A stretch of 37,942 nucleotides of DNA, taken from NCBI GenBank assembly GCA_964358615.1, contig CAYHOV010000004.1, positions 1-37,942 of the forward strand, in the 5' to 3' direction. The translations under genes were made by a program, and so were the position numbers. The notes beneath the pieces are model-generated. The model was not told the DNA's origin. It saw nothing but the letters and a program-made list of their open reading frames with translations, and did not search any database. Of this stretch, positions 1-8,183 are shown piece by piece. Origin of the DNA: Candidatus Woesearchaeota archaeon (GTDB lineage Archaea > Nanobdellota > Nanobdellia > Pacearchaeales > GW2011-AR1). Numbering within the stretch: the first letter of the stretch is position 1; every line of letters starts with the position of its first letter.

Positions 1-1
1 C

Positions 2-289
2 CAAAAGAACAAAGAAGATTGCATAAACTTGGATGATATAAGAAAAAATCATTTTGCAGAAAAAATTGAATTAAAAAGCTACAAAATTTTAGGGTTAGGT
101 GAAGGATTCAAGGCGACAATCATCGCAAAATCAGCATCGAAGAGTGCTATTGAAAAAATGGAAAAAGCAGGTGGAAAGATTGTTTTACCTGAAATAAAAG
201 AAAAAATAGAGAATAAAATTGAGAAGAAAGTAGAAGGGAAAACAATCGAGAAAAAGAAAGAAGAGAAGAAAGTTGAGAAGAAGAAATAA
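2..289 (+). CDS. rpl15: 50S ribosomal protein uL15, C-terminal part (5' end outside window), with Lys/Glu-rich tail
   Basis: The frame is open from base 2 (QKNKEDCINLDDI...). Motifs INLDDI, YKILGLG and ASKSAIEKMEKAGG match the uL15 C-terminal domain. It lies directly upstream of secY, the conserved order. Confidence 0.9.
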   Translation, partial: QKNKEDCINLDDIRKNHFAEKIELKSYKILGLGEGFKATIIAKSASKSAIEKMEKAGGKIVLPEIKEKIENKIEKKVEGKTIEKKKEEKKVEKKK

Positions 290-323
290 TTATTTTAATG
301 TCTACGGGGTGCATCCGCAAACC

Positions 324-331
324 TTTAAAAA
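324..331 (+). promoter_or_regulatory. Archaeal TATA box for secY
   Basis: TTTAAAAA ends 21 nt before ATG 353, the same spacing seen at many other genes in the window. Confidence 0.6.
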
Positions 332-352
332 TCATCGATAATAGGATTTATT

Positions 353-1717
353 ATGGACTTGAGAAAAATTTTGTATTATCTGCCAGAAGTACGAGCTCCT
401 ACTGAAAAAAAGGTAAGTTTTAATATCAAGTTAAAATGGACTTTAATTGTTCTAGTTAGTTTTTTTGTTCTGGCGAATATCCCACTTTATGGCCTTGCGA
501 AATCTTCTCTAGACAGGTTTGAGTATCTTGCGATTTTACTTGGAACAGATTTTGGTTCGATTATCAGTTTAGGTATTGGACCTATTGTCATGGCTTCGAT
601 CATCTTGCAGTTACTGGTGGGCTCTGGAATTCTCAGCATCGATATAAAAACTCCTGATGGAAAGAAATATTTTCAGGGTCTGCAAAAATTATTGACATTT
701 GCATTCATACTTTTTGAAGCAATGGTCTATGTTTTTATGCAAGGTCTTGCGGCACAGCCCGGATATCAGAGCATGGTAATATTTCAATTATGTATTGGCG
801 GTCTTTTGATTGTATTGATGGACGATGTAGTCCATAAATGGGGATTTGGTTCCGGAGTCTCTCTATTTATCGCTGCAGGCATTGGTTGGAGATTATTTGC
901 AGAGTTGTTCCAATTTATTGGGCCGCAGGGAACATTAAATTCTTCGGGGCAAGTTTTAATTTTTATAACCTCTTTAATCAATGGAGATCCGAGCGGTGCT
1001 GGTTCTGCTTTGATGACTATCCTCGTTAGTGCATTATTATTTTTAGTTGTTGTCTGGGCTCAGTCGCTTAAAGTCGAAATTCCATTGTCATTTGATCGAA
1101 TTAGAGGCTACGGAGTAAGATGGCCATTACAATTTTTTTATGCTTCGGTTATTCCAGTTATCTTAGTATCTGCGCTAATTGCTAATCTGCAATTGTTTGC
1201 TTCATTGCTAGAAGGTTGGCTTGGACATGCGACAATTCTTGGAGGATTTTCACAGGGAACTCCTGTCTCGGGTTTTGCATTTTGGATCCATTCTACTCCA
1301 ATATTACCGATGCTGTTTAAGGGAAGTTTTAGGGCAATTTATTTATTGCAGGGGCTTGGACATGTTTTATTCTATACAGTATTCTCAGTCATCTTTGCAT
1401 TATTTTGGGTCCATACATCGGGAATGGATGCAGGAAGCCAGGCAAAAAATATAATGTCCAGTGGATTGCAAATTCCCGGATTTAGAAAAGATGAACGAGT
1501 CTTAGAATCAATATTGAACAGATATGTAACGCCATTGACAGTGATGGGCGGGGCTGCAATAGGAATTCTAGCCTCTGTATCTGACCTATTGGGGGCAATG
1601 GTTGGAGGAACCGCGATTTTATTAGCCGTAATGATTTTGTATCAATTATATCAGAATGTTGCTCAGCAACATGCTGTCGATATGCATCCTGCACTAAAGG
1701 GGATGTTTGGTGGATAA
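353..1717 (+). CDS. secY: Preprotein translocase subunit SecY (archaeal/Sec61-alpha type)
   Basis: 454 aa, about 10 TM segments. Motifs LPEV..P, LGIGPIVMASIILQLL, KWGFGSGVSLFIAAG, YASVIPVIL, GLQIPGFR and GGTAILLAV. Confidence 0.98.
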   Translation: MDLRKILYYLPEVRAPTEKKVSFNIKLKWTLIVLVSFFVLANIPLYGLAKSSLDRFEYLAILLGTDFGSIISLGIGPIVMASIILQLLVGSGILSIDIKTPDGKKYFQGLQKLLTFAFILFEAMVYVFMQGLAAQPGYQSMVIFQLCIGGLLIVLMDDVVHKWGFGSGVSLFIAAGIGWRLFAELFQFIGPQGTLNSSGQVLIFITSLINGDPSGAGSALMTILVSALLFLVVVWAQSLKVEIPLSFDRIRGYGVRWPLQFFYASVIPVILVSALIANLQLFASLLEGWLGHATILGGFSQGTPVSGFAFWIHSTPILPMLFKGSFRAIYLLQGLGHVLFYTVFSVIFALFWVHTSGMDAGSQAKNIMSSGLQIPGFRKDERVLESILNRYVTPLTVMGGAAIGILASVSDLLGAMVGGTAILLAVMILYQLYQNVAQQHAVDMHPALKGMFGG

Positions 1718-1771
1718 TTATTAATCAGTTAGTTTATATACTTAAAATAAATAAAATAAGATAAGGAAAAA

Positions 1772-1990
1772 ATGTGCATAAAAAGAGAGACTTCATTAAA
1801 AAGTATTTTAATTATAGCTATAGCAGGAATTTTATTTTCAGGTTATCTAAGTTATAGTGAATTGTTTAGGAGAATTTGCGTTTTTGGTGGCTGTTCTAAT
1901 TTATTCGGCTTACCGGTTTGTTTTTATGGTCTGATTATGTATCTTGCAGTTTTCACATTGGCTTTGTTGGGATTAAGGAGCAAAAAATGA
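1772..1990 (+). CDS. Small two-TM membrane protein resembling the N-terminal half of VKOR-family proteins
   Basis: GILFSGYLSY...C-VFGG-C-S..FGLPVCFYG resembles VKOR TM1, the loop cysteines and the FG.P motif. There is no C-terminal CxxC. The stop overlaps the next start (ATGA). Confidence 0.6.
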   Translation: MCIKRETSLKSILIIAIAGILFSGYLSYSELFRRICVFGGCSNLFGLPVCFYGLIMYLAVFTLALLGLRSKK

Positions 1991-2400
1991 TAGAATTAAT
2001 ACAAACATATCCAAAAATTTTTATTGTTGTTTTTGCAATAGCAGTCACACTTTTTTCTACGATTGTCACAAAATATCTGACAGACCAGGAACATATGAAA
2101 GCAATGAAATCCCGTCAGAAAGAATTACAAGAAAATAGTAAAAAACACAAGGATAATCCTCAGCTGATGATGGAAATCCAGAATGAAATGTTGGAGATCA
2201 CTATGAAAATGATGAAATCTAGTTTTAAGCCCTTGTTTGTGACGATGATCCCATTACTCATAGTTTTCTATTGGATGAACAATACTTTTGCTCCATTAGT
2301 TCCTGGAAAATGGTGGATTTTTCCGACGTGGATCTTGTACTATATCATTTCGAGCATTGCAGCAAATATGATCTTTAGAAAACTTTTGAAAGTAGCTTAA
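1987..2400 (+). CDS. DUF106 / EMC3-TMCO1 family (Oxa1-superfamily) membrane insertase-like protein
   Basis: TM, coiled coil (DQEHMKAMKSRQKELQE), MMKMMKSSFKPLFVTMIP, then WILYYIISS...FRKLL. This family conventionally follows secY in archaea. Start moved to ATG 1987 because of the ATGA overlap and AAGGAG at 1975-1980. Confidence 0.88.
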   Translation: MIELIQTYPKIFIVVFAIAVTLFSTIVTKYLTDQEHMKAMKSRQKELQENSKKHKDNPQLMMEIQNEMLEITMKMMKSSFKPLFVTMIPLLIVFYWMNNTFAPLVPGKWWIFPTWILYYIISSIAANMIFRKLLKVA

Positions 2401-2418
2401 TCCAATAATATAGAATAT

Positions 2419-2426
2419 TTTAAATA
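2419..2426 (+). promoter_or_regulatory. TATA box for SET-domain gene
   Basis: TTTAAATA ends 21 nt before ATG 2448. Confidence 0.6.
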
Positions 2427-2447
2427 TCACTCTCGACAAGATTAATC

Positions 2448-2849
2448 ATGTTATTGATAAAAACTATCGTAAAAAAGAGTAATATTCACGGCCAAGGACT
2501 TTTTGCAGATGAAAATATAAAAAAAGGCCAAGCTATGTGGAAATTCAATAATATTCTTGATAAAAAGATAGGCAAAAAAGAATTTGCTAAACTTCCTGCA
2601 CTTGTAAAACAGTTTGTAAAATATTATTCCTATCTTAATCGTCAAAATGAATATGTTCTATGCGGAGATGATGCAAGATATATCAATCATTTGGACAAAC
2701 CTAACACCGAGGATAAAATTTCAAAGCAAGATAGAATAAATGGTGATGAAGGAATAACTGTCGCGGTTAAGAATATTAAAAAAGGAGAGGAGATAACGAG
2801 TGCATATTTGTATTTTGATAAAAAAGGTAATCCAAAATATCTTATTTAG
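2448..2849 (+). CDS. Stand-alone SET-domain protein (putative protein-lysine methyltransferase)
   Basis: SET motifs IHGQGLFA..IKKG, ARYINH...PN and AVKNIKKGEEITSAY. No Cys-rich post-SET domain. Confidence 0.9.
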   Translation: MLLIKTIVKKSNIHGQGLFADENIKKGQAMWKFNNILDKKIGKKEFAKLPALVKQFVKYYSYLNRQNEYVLCGDDARYINHLDKPNTEDKISKQDRINGDEGITVAVKNIKKGEEITSAYLYFDKKGNPKYLI

Positions 2850-2882
2850 AAAATTTTGCAAAATACAAACTCTCATTTAAGA

Positions 2883-3269
2883 TTAATTTTTATCAAGTTC
2901 TTGATTGACTAAAAAATCAGCGTGAGAAATAAATTTATCTTCTCTAGACGTATTTGAGAATTTTATTTTTCGGTCATTTAGCAGTGGATCTATTTTATTT
3001 TTTAGCTCTTGAAGATGGGGAACTTTTATTTTATATTGGCCATTCAATTGCCTTATTACAACTTTAGAATCAGAGATAATCTCCAACTCATTTTCTTTTA
3101 TCGCTTGAAGGGCCTGAATTATTGCATTATATTCTGCTTCATTGTTGGTAGCTATGCCTAAAAATTTTGAGTGTTCTTTTATAATCTTATTATCACGAAC
3201 TGCGACAAAAGCACAGGCGGCTTTTCCTGGATTTCCGCGGCTTCCACCGTCGGTGTAAACGGTCAGCAT
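2883..3269 (-). CDS. rnhA: Ribonuclease HI (archaeal/RNase HI-like family)
   Basis: Motifs YTDGGSRGNPG, TNNEAEYNA, SDSKVVIRQLNGQYKIK and ADFLVNQELD. True start is probably ATG 3269, 1 nt after the upstream gene's stop. Confidence 0.92.
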   Translation of the reverse strand: MLTVYTDGGSRGNPGKAACAFVAVRDNKIIKEHSKFLGIATNNEAEYNAIIQALQAIKENELEIISDSKVVIRQLNGQYKIKVPHLQELKNKIDPLLNDRKIKFSNTSREDKFISHADFLVNQELDKN

Positions 3270-3270
3270 A

Positions 3271-4080
3271 TTAAAATCTGGATAAATTCCCCTTGGCTTT
3301 TTTAATAAATTTATCGTAGGAGAGTGTACCAAATTCAGAAACAACACGGTGGATAAATTTTTTCTCTACTAGATCAAAAGCAGGATTTAGAACATAAATA
3401 TTTTTTTCACGTTCATCCCAGACTTCTCGGCCCGAACGAAACTCGAGTTTTACATGATTTGAATATTTAAGAGATATTCCGCAGGAGTAGGATGGGATTT
3501 TATAGAGTGATGCAAATTTTGCATAGAGAGAAGTTCCTATTTTGTTCACAGGACCCCTATCTGTGAATGCGTCTGATCCGAATAAAAATAAATCGCATTT
3601 TCTCAGTGAATACTCTGCTGCTGAATCTGGCAGATGAATCACTTTTATTCCTGCTTTTGCTAATTCTTTTGCAGTCTGGCGGCCCTGGAGAAGTGGATCG
3701 GTCTCGGTATTATAAACAACAAAATTCTTTTTTTGCTTTTTTGCTTTTTTTAATATGTTGATTACTGTCGAAGAATGGCAGTGAGTAAAAACATTCACGT
3801 TATTTTTTATTAAACTTGAACCATATTTTACTATTTTATCGTCGGATATTTTAATGTAAGAAATTATTTTTTTGTAAGCGATTCGGGGATTTTTTGACTT
3901 AAGCAAAAAATTTATTGAATTTTGCATCAGGGGTTCTGTTGGTCTTGTGGCAAAGATTTGTTTTGCTGATTCCTCGGAAGGATCGAGAAGAAAGGCTTGC
4001 ATTCCAGCGAGGGCGATAGCTCGGGCTCCTTGTATTTTTATATCTTTTATATTTTGGAGAATTTTTTCGAACCTCTTCAT
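3271..4080 (-). CDS. eIF-2B alpha/beta/delta-family protein, probably ribose-1,5-bisphosphate isomerase
   Basis: Motifs IKIQGARAIA, TRPTEP, THCHSSTV, ETDPLLQG, GSDA and NKIGT. The Cys and Asp at the R15P-isomerase catalytic positions are retained. Start 4080 is supported by a TATA box at 4101-4108 on the minus strand. Confidence 0.8.
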   Translation of the reverse strand: MKRFEKILQNIKDIKIQGARAIALAGMQAFLLDPSEESAKQIFATRPTEPLMQNSINFLLKSKNPRIAYKKIISYIKISDDKIVKYGSSLIKNNVNVFTHCHSSTVINILKKAKKQKKNFVVYNTETDPLLQGRQTAKELAKAGIKVIHLPDSAAEYSLRKCDLFLFGSDAFTDRGPVNKIGTSLYAKFASLYKIPSYSCGISLKYSNHVKLEFRSGREVWDEREKNIYVLNPAFDLVEKKFIHRVVSEFGTLSYDKFIKKAKGNLSRF

Positions 4081-4100
4081 ATTTAGATAATGTAATTGGC

Positions 4101-4135
4101 ATATAAAAGGTTTGCGAACCTGAAACATTTAAAAA
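4101..4135. promoter_or_regulatory. Divergent TATA boxes (minus strand TTTTATAT at 4101-4108; plus strand TTTAAAAA at 4128-4135)
   Basis: They lie 20 nt and 21 nt from ATG 4080 (-) and ATG 4157 (+) respectively. Confidence 0.6.
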
Positions 4136-4156
4136 TAGAGATTAATATACACAGAG

Positions 4157-5011
4157 ATGATTGAAATTCTGGTGAGTCCAAAAAATGCAGAGAGGCGTCC
4201 TTGGCAAATGTTTATTGTGGGATTATTTTATGCAAGTATTTCACTACTGCTGGTAACTTTTGTTTTTGCTAAAGATTCTGTACTCAGTCAGTATGGGGGA
4301 ATTTTAATGGTCACATTTACAGTCATGTGCTCGATGCCATTTATGTATTATCTGATTAAATTTGAAGAAGGTAAAGACATAGAAATAAGCAAAAGTGGCA
4401 GATTAATAAAAGAACATAGCCGAGCTCTAGAAGCATTAATGTGGTTATTCGTGGGTTTTGTTGTAGCTTTTTCTTTTTGGTATTTGGTTTTCCCAAATTC
4501 TGTTTCAGTCAACTTCAATGCGCAAATAAAAGTCTTCTGCGCAATAAACAGCCCCCAAGCATTTGATTCTTGCATAGAACAACACGGTTTATCTGCAATA
4601 ACTGGAGGAACCACCAAAGAAGAGATACTAATGAATATTTTTGCTAATAATGTTTACGTCTTAATGTTTACATTATTATTTTCTCTTTTATTTGGGGCGG
4701 GGGCGATTTTTATATTAATTTGGAATGCCTCGGTAATTGCTGCGGCCGTGGGAATTTATGCTAAACAAAATTTAGCAATGTTGCCAATGGGATTGGCAAG
4801 ATATATGGTCCATGGAATTCCGGAAATTGCAGCCTATTTTGTAGGGGCTCTGGCAGGAGGCATTATTTCAGTAGCAGTTATAAGGCGAGATTTAAAAGGA
4901 GAAAGGATGTGGAGGATTTTAGAGGATTGTCTACTTTTGATAATCATCTCTATAGTTATCTTATTTTTGGCGGCACTTGTTGAGGTTTATATAACACCAC
5001 AATTATTTTAA
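4157..5011 (+). CDS. SpoIIM / DUF95-family multi-pass membrane protein
   Basis: Motifs NIFANN, ILIWNASVIA, HGIPEIAAYFVGALAGG and AALVEVYITP are typical of the SpoIIM-like family. Confidence 0.8.
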   Translation: MIEILVSPKNAERRPWQMFIVGLFYASISLLLVTFVFAKDSVLSQYGGILMVTFTVMCSMPFMYYLIKFEEGKDIEISKSGRLIKEHSRALEALMWLFVGFVVAFSFWYLVFPNSVSVNFNAQIKVFCAINSPQAFDSCIEQHGLSAITGGTTKEEILMNIFANNVYVLMFTLLFSLLFGAGAIFILIWNASVIAAAVGIYAKQNLAMLPMGLARYMVHGIPEIAAYFVGALAGGIISVAVIRRDLKGERMWRILEDCLLLIIISIVILFLAALVEVYITPQLF

Positions 5012-5033
5012 ATGGTGAAAATGATATTTTTTA

Positions 5034-5168
5034 ATGGTAATCTTCAATTGCAAGTATTGCGGGTATAGTATTGAAAGAGAAAGTCTTCCAAAGAAATGCC
5101 CTTACTGCAGCAGAGAGAAAGCAATGGATAAAGAATCCAATGCTGAAGATCTTCTTTCTGATGTATAA
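5034..5168 (+). CDS. 44-aa rubredoxin-like / zinc-ribbon protein (not in ORF track)
   Basis: Manual translation gives MVIFNCKYCGYSIERESLPKKCPYCSREKAMDKESNAEDLLSDV*, i.e. CxxCG-x11-CPxC. It fills the SpoIIM-aglB gap and ends 11 nt before the aglB ATG. Confidence 0.8.
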   Translation: MVIFNCKYCGYSIERESLPKKCPYCSREKAMDKESNAEDLLSDV

Positions 5169-5179
5169 AAAACAATAAA

Positions 5180-7909
5180 ATGGATGAACAGAATCAAGAA
5201 ATTGTCGAAGAGAGAAAGAAAAAGGCCTTGGCTTTTTTTAAGAAAAGCTGGGTAGTTCTATTTTTAATTGCAGCCATAATGTTTGGGGTCTATATTAGAA
5301 CTATGCCGATGACAGATCACGGCGGCAAACCGGGATTGTGGGATGTTTCTACAAATACGTGGACGTTGGGGCCAGATTTAGATCCTTGGCTATTCACGCG
5401 TTATGCAAAAACCATTATCGAACAGGGTTCACTTCCTGAGAAAGATACAATGAGATATGTTCCTCGGGGTTTTGAGACTTCGACAGAATTGCAGATGGTC
5501 TCTTACATGATTGTCCTAGTCTATAAAATCATAAATGTCTTCGGAGACTATAATGTTTATTTTGCAGCAGATATAATGCCCGTAATATTTTTTGCCCTAA
5601 CAATAATCTCTTTCTTTTTATTTGTCAGAGAGATTTTTATAAGAAAAGATGAAGACTTAACAAAAGCAAATATCATCGCAATAATCTCGACGATATTTAT
5701 GATCATCATACCTGCTTTTTTATCGAGGACTCTAGCAGGCATCCCTGAAAAAGAATCAGTAGGTTTCTTTTTTATGTTCTTATCTTTTTATTTGTTTTTG
5801 AAAGCTTGGAAATCTGAAGGATTAAAAACTGCAACAATCCGGGGAATGTTAGCCGGAATATCGACGGCTTTGATGGGATTAACCTGGGGGGGAGTAAGCT
5901 ATATATATGTCTCTGTTGGTGTCGCAGGATTTATCGGATTTATCTTAAATAAATTCCATAAAAAAGAAAAAATGATCTATGCTTCATGGATCATCGTCGC
6001 AATTATAACTACCTTGACGTTTACAAATAGATTTTCATTAAAGGGATTTTTAACAGGAACAGATACAAGCTTAGCTTTTTTTGTATTATCAATATTAGTA
6101 ATAGATACGATTTTATGGAAAACAAGAATACATTTGAAATTGGGACTAGAGAAACTTAAAATCCCAAAAAATATAACTTCTATAATTATTTCTTGTTTAT
6201 TATTGATATTACTTGGTTTGATATTTTTGGGCCCAAGTTATTTTACTGAAAAATTGCAAATGGTAAATCAGATGATGTTCAAACCGATTACTGGGAGATG
6301 GGGCATGACGGTAGCTGAAAATAGGCAGCCTTATTTCACAGAATGGGGAGCGAGTTTTGGGCCATTTATAAAAAATATTCCGATATTGTTCTGGTTATTT
6401 TTTGCAGGATCTGTAGTATTGTTCAGAAAAATGTTGAATAAAATTGAAAGCAAAGATGCGTGGATCTTGACTGGATGTTATGTATTATTCTTTTTTGGAT
6501 TGGTATTCTCGAGATATGCACCTCACCCAAGTTTATTCGACGGAGAAGATTTCATAAGCAAGGGAGTTTATTATGGGGCTGCAATTTTACTAATTGGGAT
6601 GATTATCTATTATTTTATTAAATATCATCGAGAACAGTTAACGGGATTTGAAAAAATAGAATTTGAGTATTTATTGCTCTTATCGGTATTTGTTCTGTGC
6701 TTATTCACGGCTAGAAGTGCAGTTAGATTGATTATGGTTTTAGCTCCGATAGCGCCGATCTTTGTAGCATATCTTATTATGGAAAGTCTAGAAAATTTTA
6801 AAAAAGTAAAAGATGAAACTTGGAAAATTGTCTTTGGAATTATTTTGATTATACTGATTGCATTAAGCCTATTTATTTTTGTACAATATTATAAGGAGAT
6901 AAAGGCAGAGGCCTATGCGATGGTGCCTTCTTACTATAATCAGCAATGGCAAATGGCAATGAATTGGGTAAGAAATGGTACTCCTTCTGACGCGGTTTTT
7001 GCCCACTGGTGGGACTATGGATATTGGGTCCAGAGTATCGGCAATCGAGCAACTGTCACGGACGGCGGAAATAATATTGTGTGGTGGAATTATCTATCTG
7101 GACGATTGGTCTTAACTGGGGATAATCAAAAAGATTCTCTGAATTTTTTATATAGTCATAATGCTACACATCTTTTAATCGATTCTTCAGATATTGGTAA
7201 ATATGGGGCTTTCTCGAGTATTGGAAGCGATCAGAACTATGATCGGTATTCTTGGATTCCTGTAATGGTCTCTGATGATAAACAAATTGTAGAAACGTCA
7301 ACAGGAATAAAAAGAATTTACCAGGGCGGCTATGGGCTTGATGAAGATTTAATTTATTACCGTAATGAAACAAAAATATTTTTACCTGCACAAATGGCAG
7401 GAATTGGTGGAATAATTATTGAAATAACAAAACAAAATGGAAGCTCTGCATTTAAACAACCTGAAGCTATCTTTGTCTATCAAAATCAGCAATATTCAAT
7501 TCCGATAAGATATGTTTATTTCAATAACCAGTTTATTGATTTTAATGGTGGAATAAATGGGACTGTGTATATCATACCAAGGGTTGTGCCTAGTGCCGGA
7601 TCTGTGCAAATCGATAGTATGGGTGCTGCAATATTTATTTCTCCGAGGGTGATGCGGGGATATCTTGCTCAGAAATATCTTCTTAATGACCCTTTTAAAA
7701 AATTCAATAATTTTAATCTAGTCCATACAGAACCAAATGTTATTGTCAATAGCTTTAAGAATCAAGGACAGGATTTAGGAGATTTTGTATACTACCAGGG
7801 ATTGCAGGGACCGATAAAAATTTGGGAAATCAACTATACTGGAAAAGAGGAAATTAAGCAAGAATTTTTAGATACTGATGCCCGCAAGTATATTAGCTGG
7901 GAATTATAA
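5180..7909 (+). CDS. aglB: Oligosaccharyltransferase AglB (STT3 family)
   Basis: 909 aa with a multi-TM N-terminal half. Motifs DPW, TVAEN (TIXE-like), WWDYG and DIGK (DK motif). Confidence 0.96.
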   Translation: MDEQNQEIVEERKKKALAFFKKSWVVLFLIAAIMFGVYIRTMPMTDHGGKPGLWDVSTNTWTLGPDLDPWLFTRYAKTIIEQGSLPEKDTMRYVPRGFETSTELQMVSYMIVLVYKIINVFGDYNVYFAADIMPVIFFALTIISFFLFVREIFIRKDEDLTKANIIAIISTIFMIIIPAFLSRTLAGIPEKESVGFFFMFLSFYLFLKAWKSEGLKTATIRGMLAGISTALMGLTWGGVSYIYVSVGVAGFIGFILNKFHKKEKMIYASWIIVAIITTLTFTNRFSLKGFLTGTDTSLAFFVLSILVIDTILWKTRIHLKLGLEKLKIPKNITSIIISCLLLILLGLIFLGPSYFTEKLQMVNQMMFKPITGRWGMTVAENRQPYFTEWGASFGPFIKNIPILFWLFFAGSVVLFRKMLNKIESKDAWILTGCYVLFFFGLVFSRYAPHPSLFDGEDFISKGVYYGAAILLIGMIIYYFIKYHREQLTGFEKIEFEYLLLLSVFVLCLFTARSAVRLIMVLAPIAPIFVAYLIMESLENFKKVKDETWKIVFGIILIILIALSLFIFVQYYKEIKAEAYAMVPSYYNQQWQMAMNWVRNGTPSDAVFAHWWDYGYWVQSIGNRATVTDGGNNIVWWNYLSGRLVLTGDNQKDSLNFLYSHNATHLLIDSSDIGKYGAFSSIGSDQNYDRYSWIPVMVSDDKQIVETSTGIKRIYQGGYGLDEDLIYYRNETKIFLPAQMAGIGGIIIEITKQNGSSAFKQPEAIFVYQNQQYSIPIRYVYFNNQFIDFNGGINGTVYIIPRVVPSAGSVQIDSMGAAIFISPRVMRGYLAQKYLLNDPFKKFNNFNLVHTEPNVIVNSFKNQGQDLGDFVYYQGLQGPIKIWEINYTGKEEIKQEFLDTDARKYISWEL

Positions 7910-7946
7910 AGAAATTGCTAAAAGGCCACAATTTCTAATTTCAATT

Positions 7947-8147
7947 TTTGACGAGAAAGTCAAACCCAAAAATTCCAATAGAGAAGTTTACAAAATCTAA
8001 AGAGAATTTTGCAAAAAATAAGAAAGTCAAAATTTCTAACGAGAACTTTGCTGATATTTCCTTCGGAAATCACAATCTTGCAAAGTTCTCTAAACTTCTC
8101 TAATGAGAAGCTTGAAAATCCTTAAATTGGCGAGATTCAAACTTCTC
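7947..8147. repeat. Nested inverted-repeat / hairpin array in the aglB-aglH intergenic region
   Basis: Perfect IRs TAGAGAAGTTTA (7979-7990 / 8091-8102) and GAGAACTTTGC (8041-8051 / 8080-8090). Inner stem ATTTCC-TTC-GGAAAT (8056-8070). Further IRs at 7947-7964 and at 8105-8116 / 8136-8147 (1 mismatch). Confidence 0.75.
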
Positions 8148-8154
8148 TGTAAGA

Positions 8155-8162
8155 TTTAAAAG
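8155..8162 (+). promoter_or_regulatory. TATA box for the aglH-flippase-GT2-GT2 operon
   Basis: TTTAAAAG ends 21 nt before ATG 8184. Confidence 0.6.
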
Positions 8163-8183
8163 TAGCATATTTCTAATTATTTC

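Noticed and set aside
305-317. Small GC-rich hairpin between rpl15 and secY (CGGG-GTGCA-TCCG)
   Set aside because: The stem is only about 4 bp with a G-T pair, too weak to call a terminator or regulatory element.
3271-4080. Call as a true translation factor eIF-2B subunit
   Set aside because: The retained substrate-binding and catalytic motifs fit a sugar-phosphate isomerase better. The translation-factor role is not fully excluded.
1918-4128. Longer starts in the ORF track at 1918, 3347 and 4128 (also 28574 and 32326)
   Set aside because: The extensions overlap neighbouring genes or TATA boxes. Downstream ATGs (1987, 3269, 4080, 28553, 32338) fit domain starts and promoter spacing better.
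4157-5011. SpoIIM-like gene as evidence of sporulation
   Set aside because: The family is widespread in non-sporulating archaea and bacteria, and no other sporulation genes are present.
7910-8183. CRISPR array or tRNA in the aglB-aglH spacer
   Set aside because: The repeats are short, inverted and irregularly spaced, with no spacer periodicity, no cas genes and no cloverleaf or T-loop consensus.
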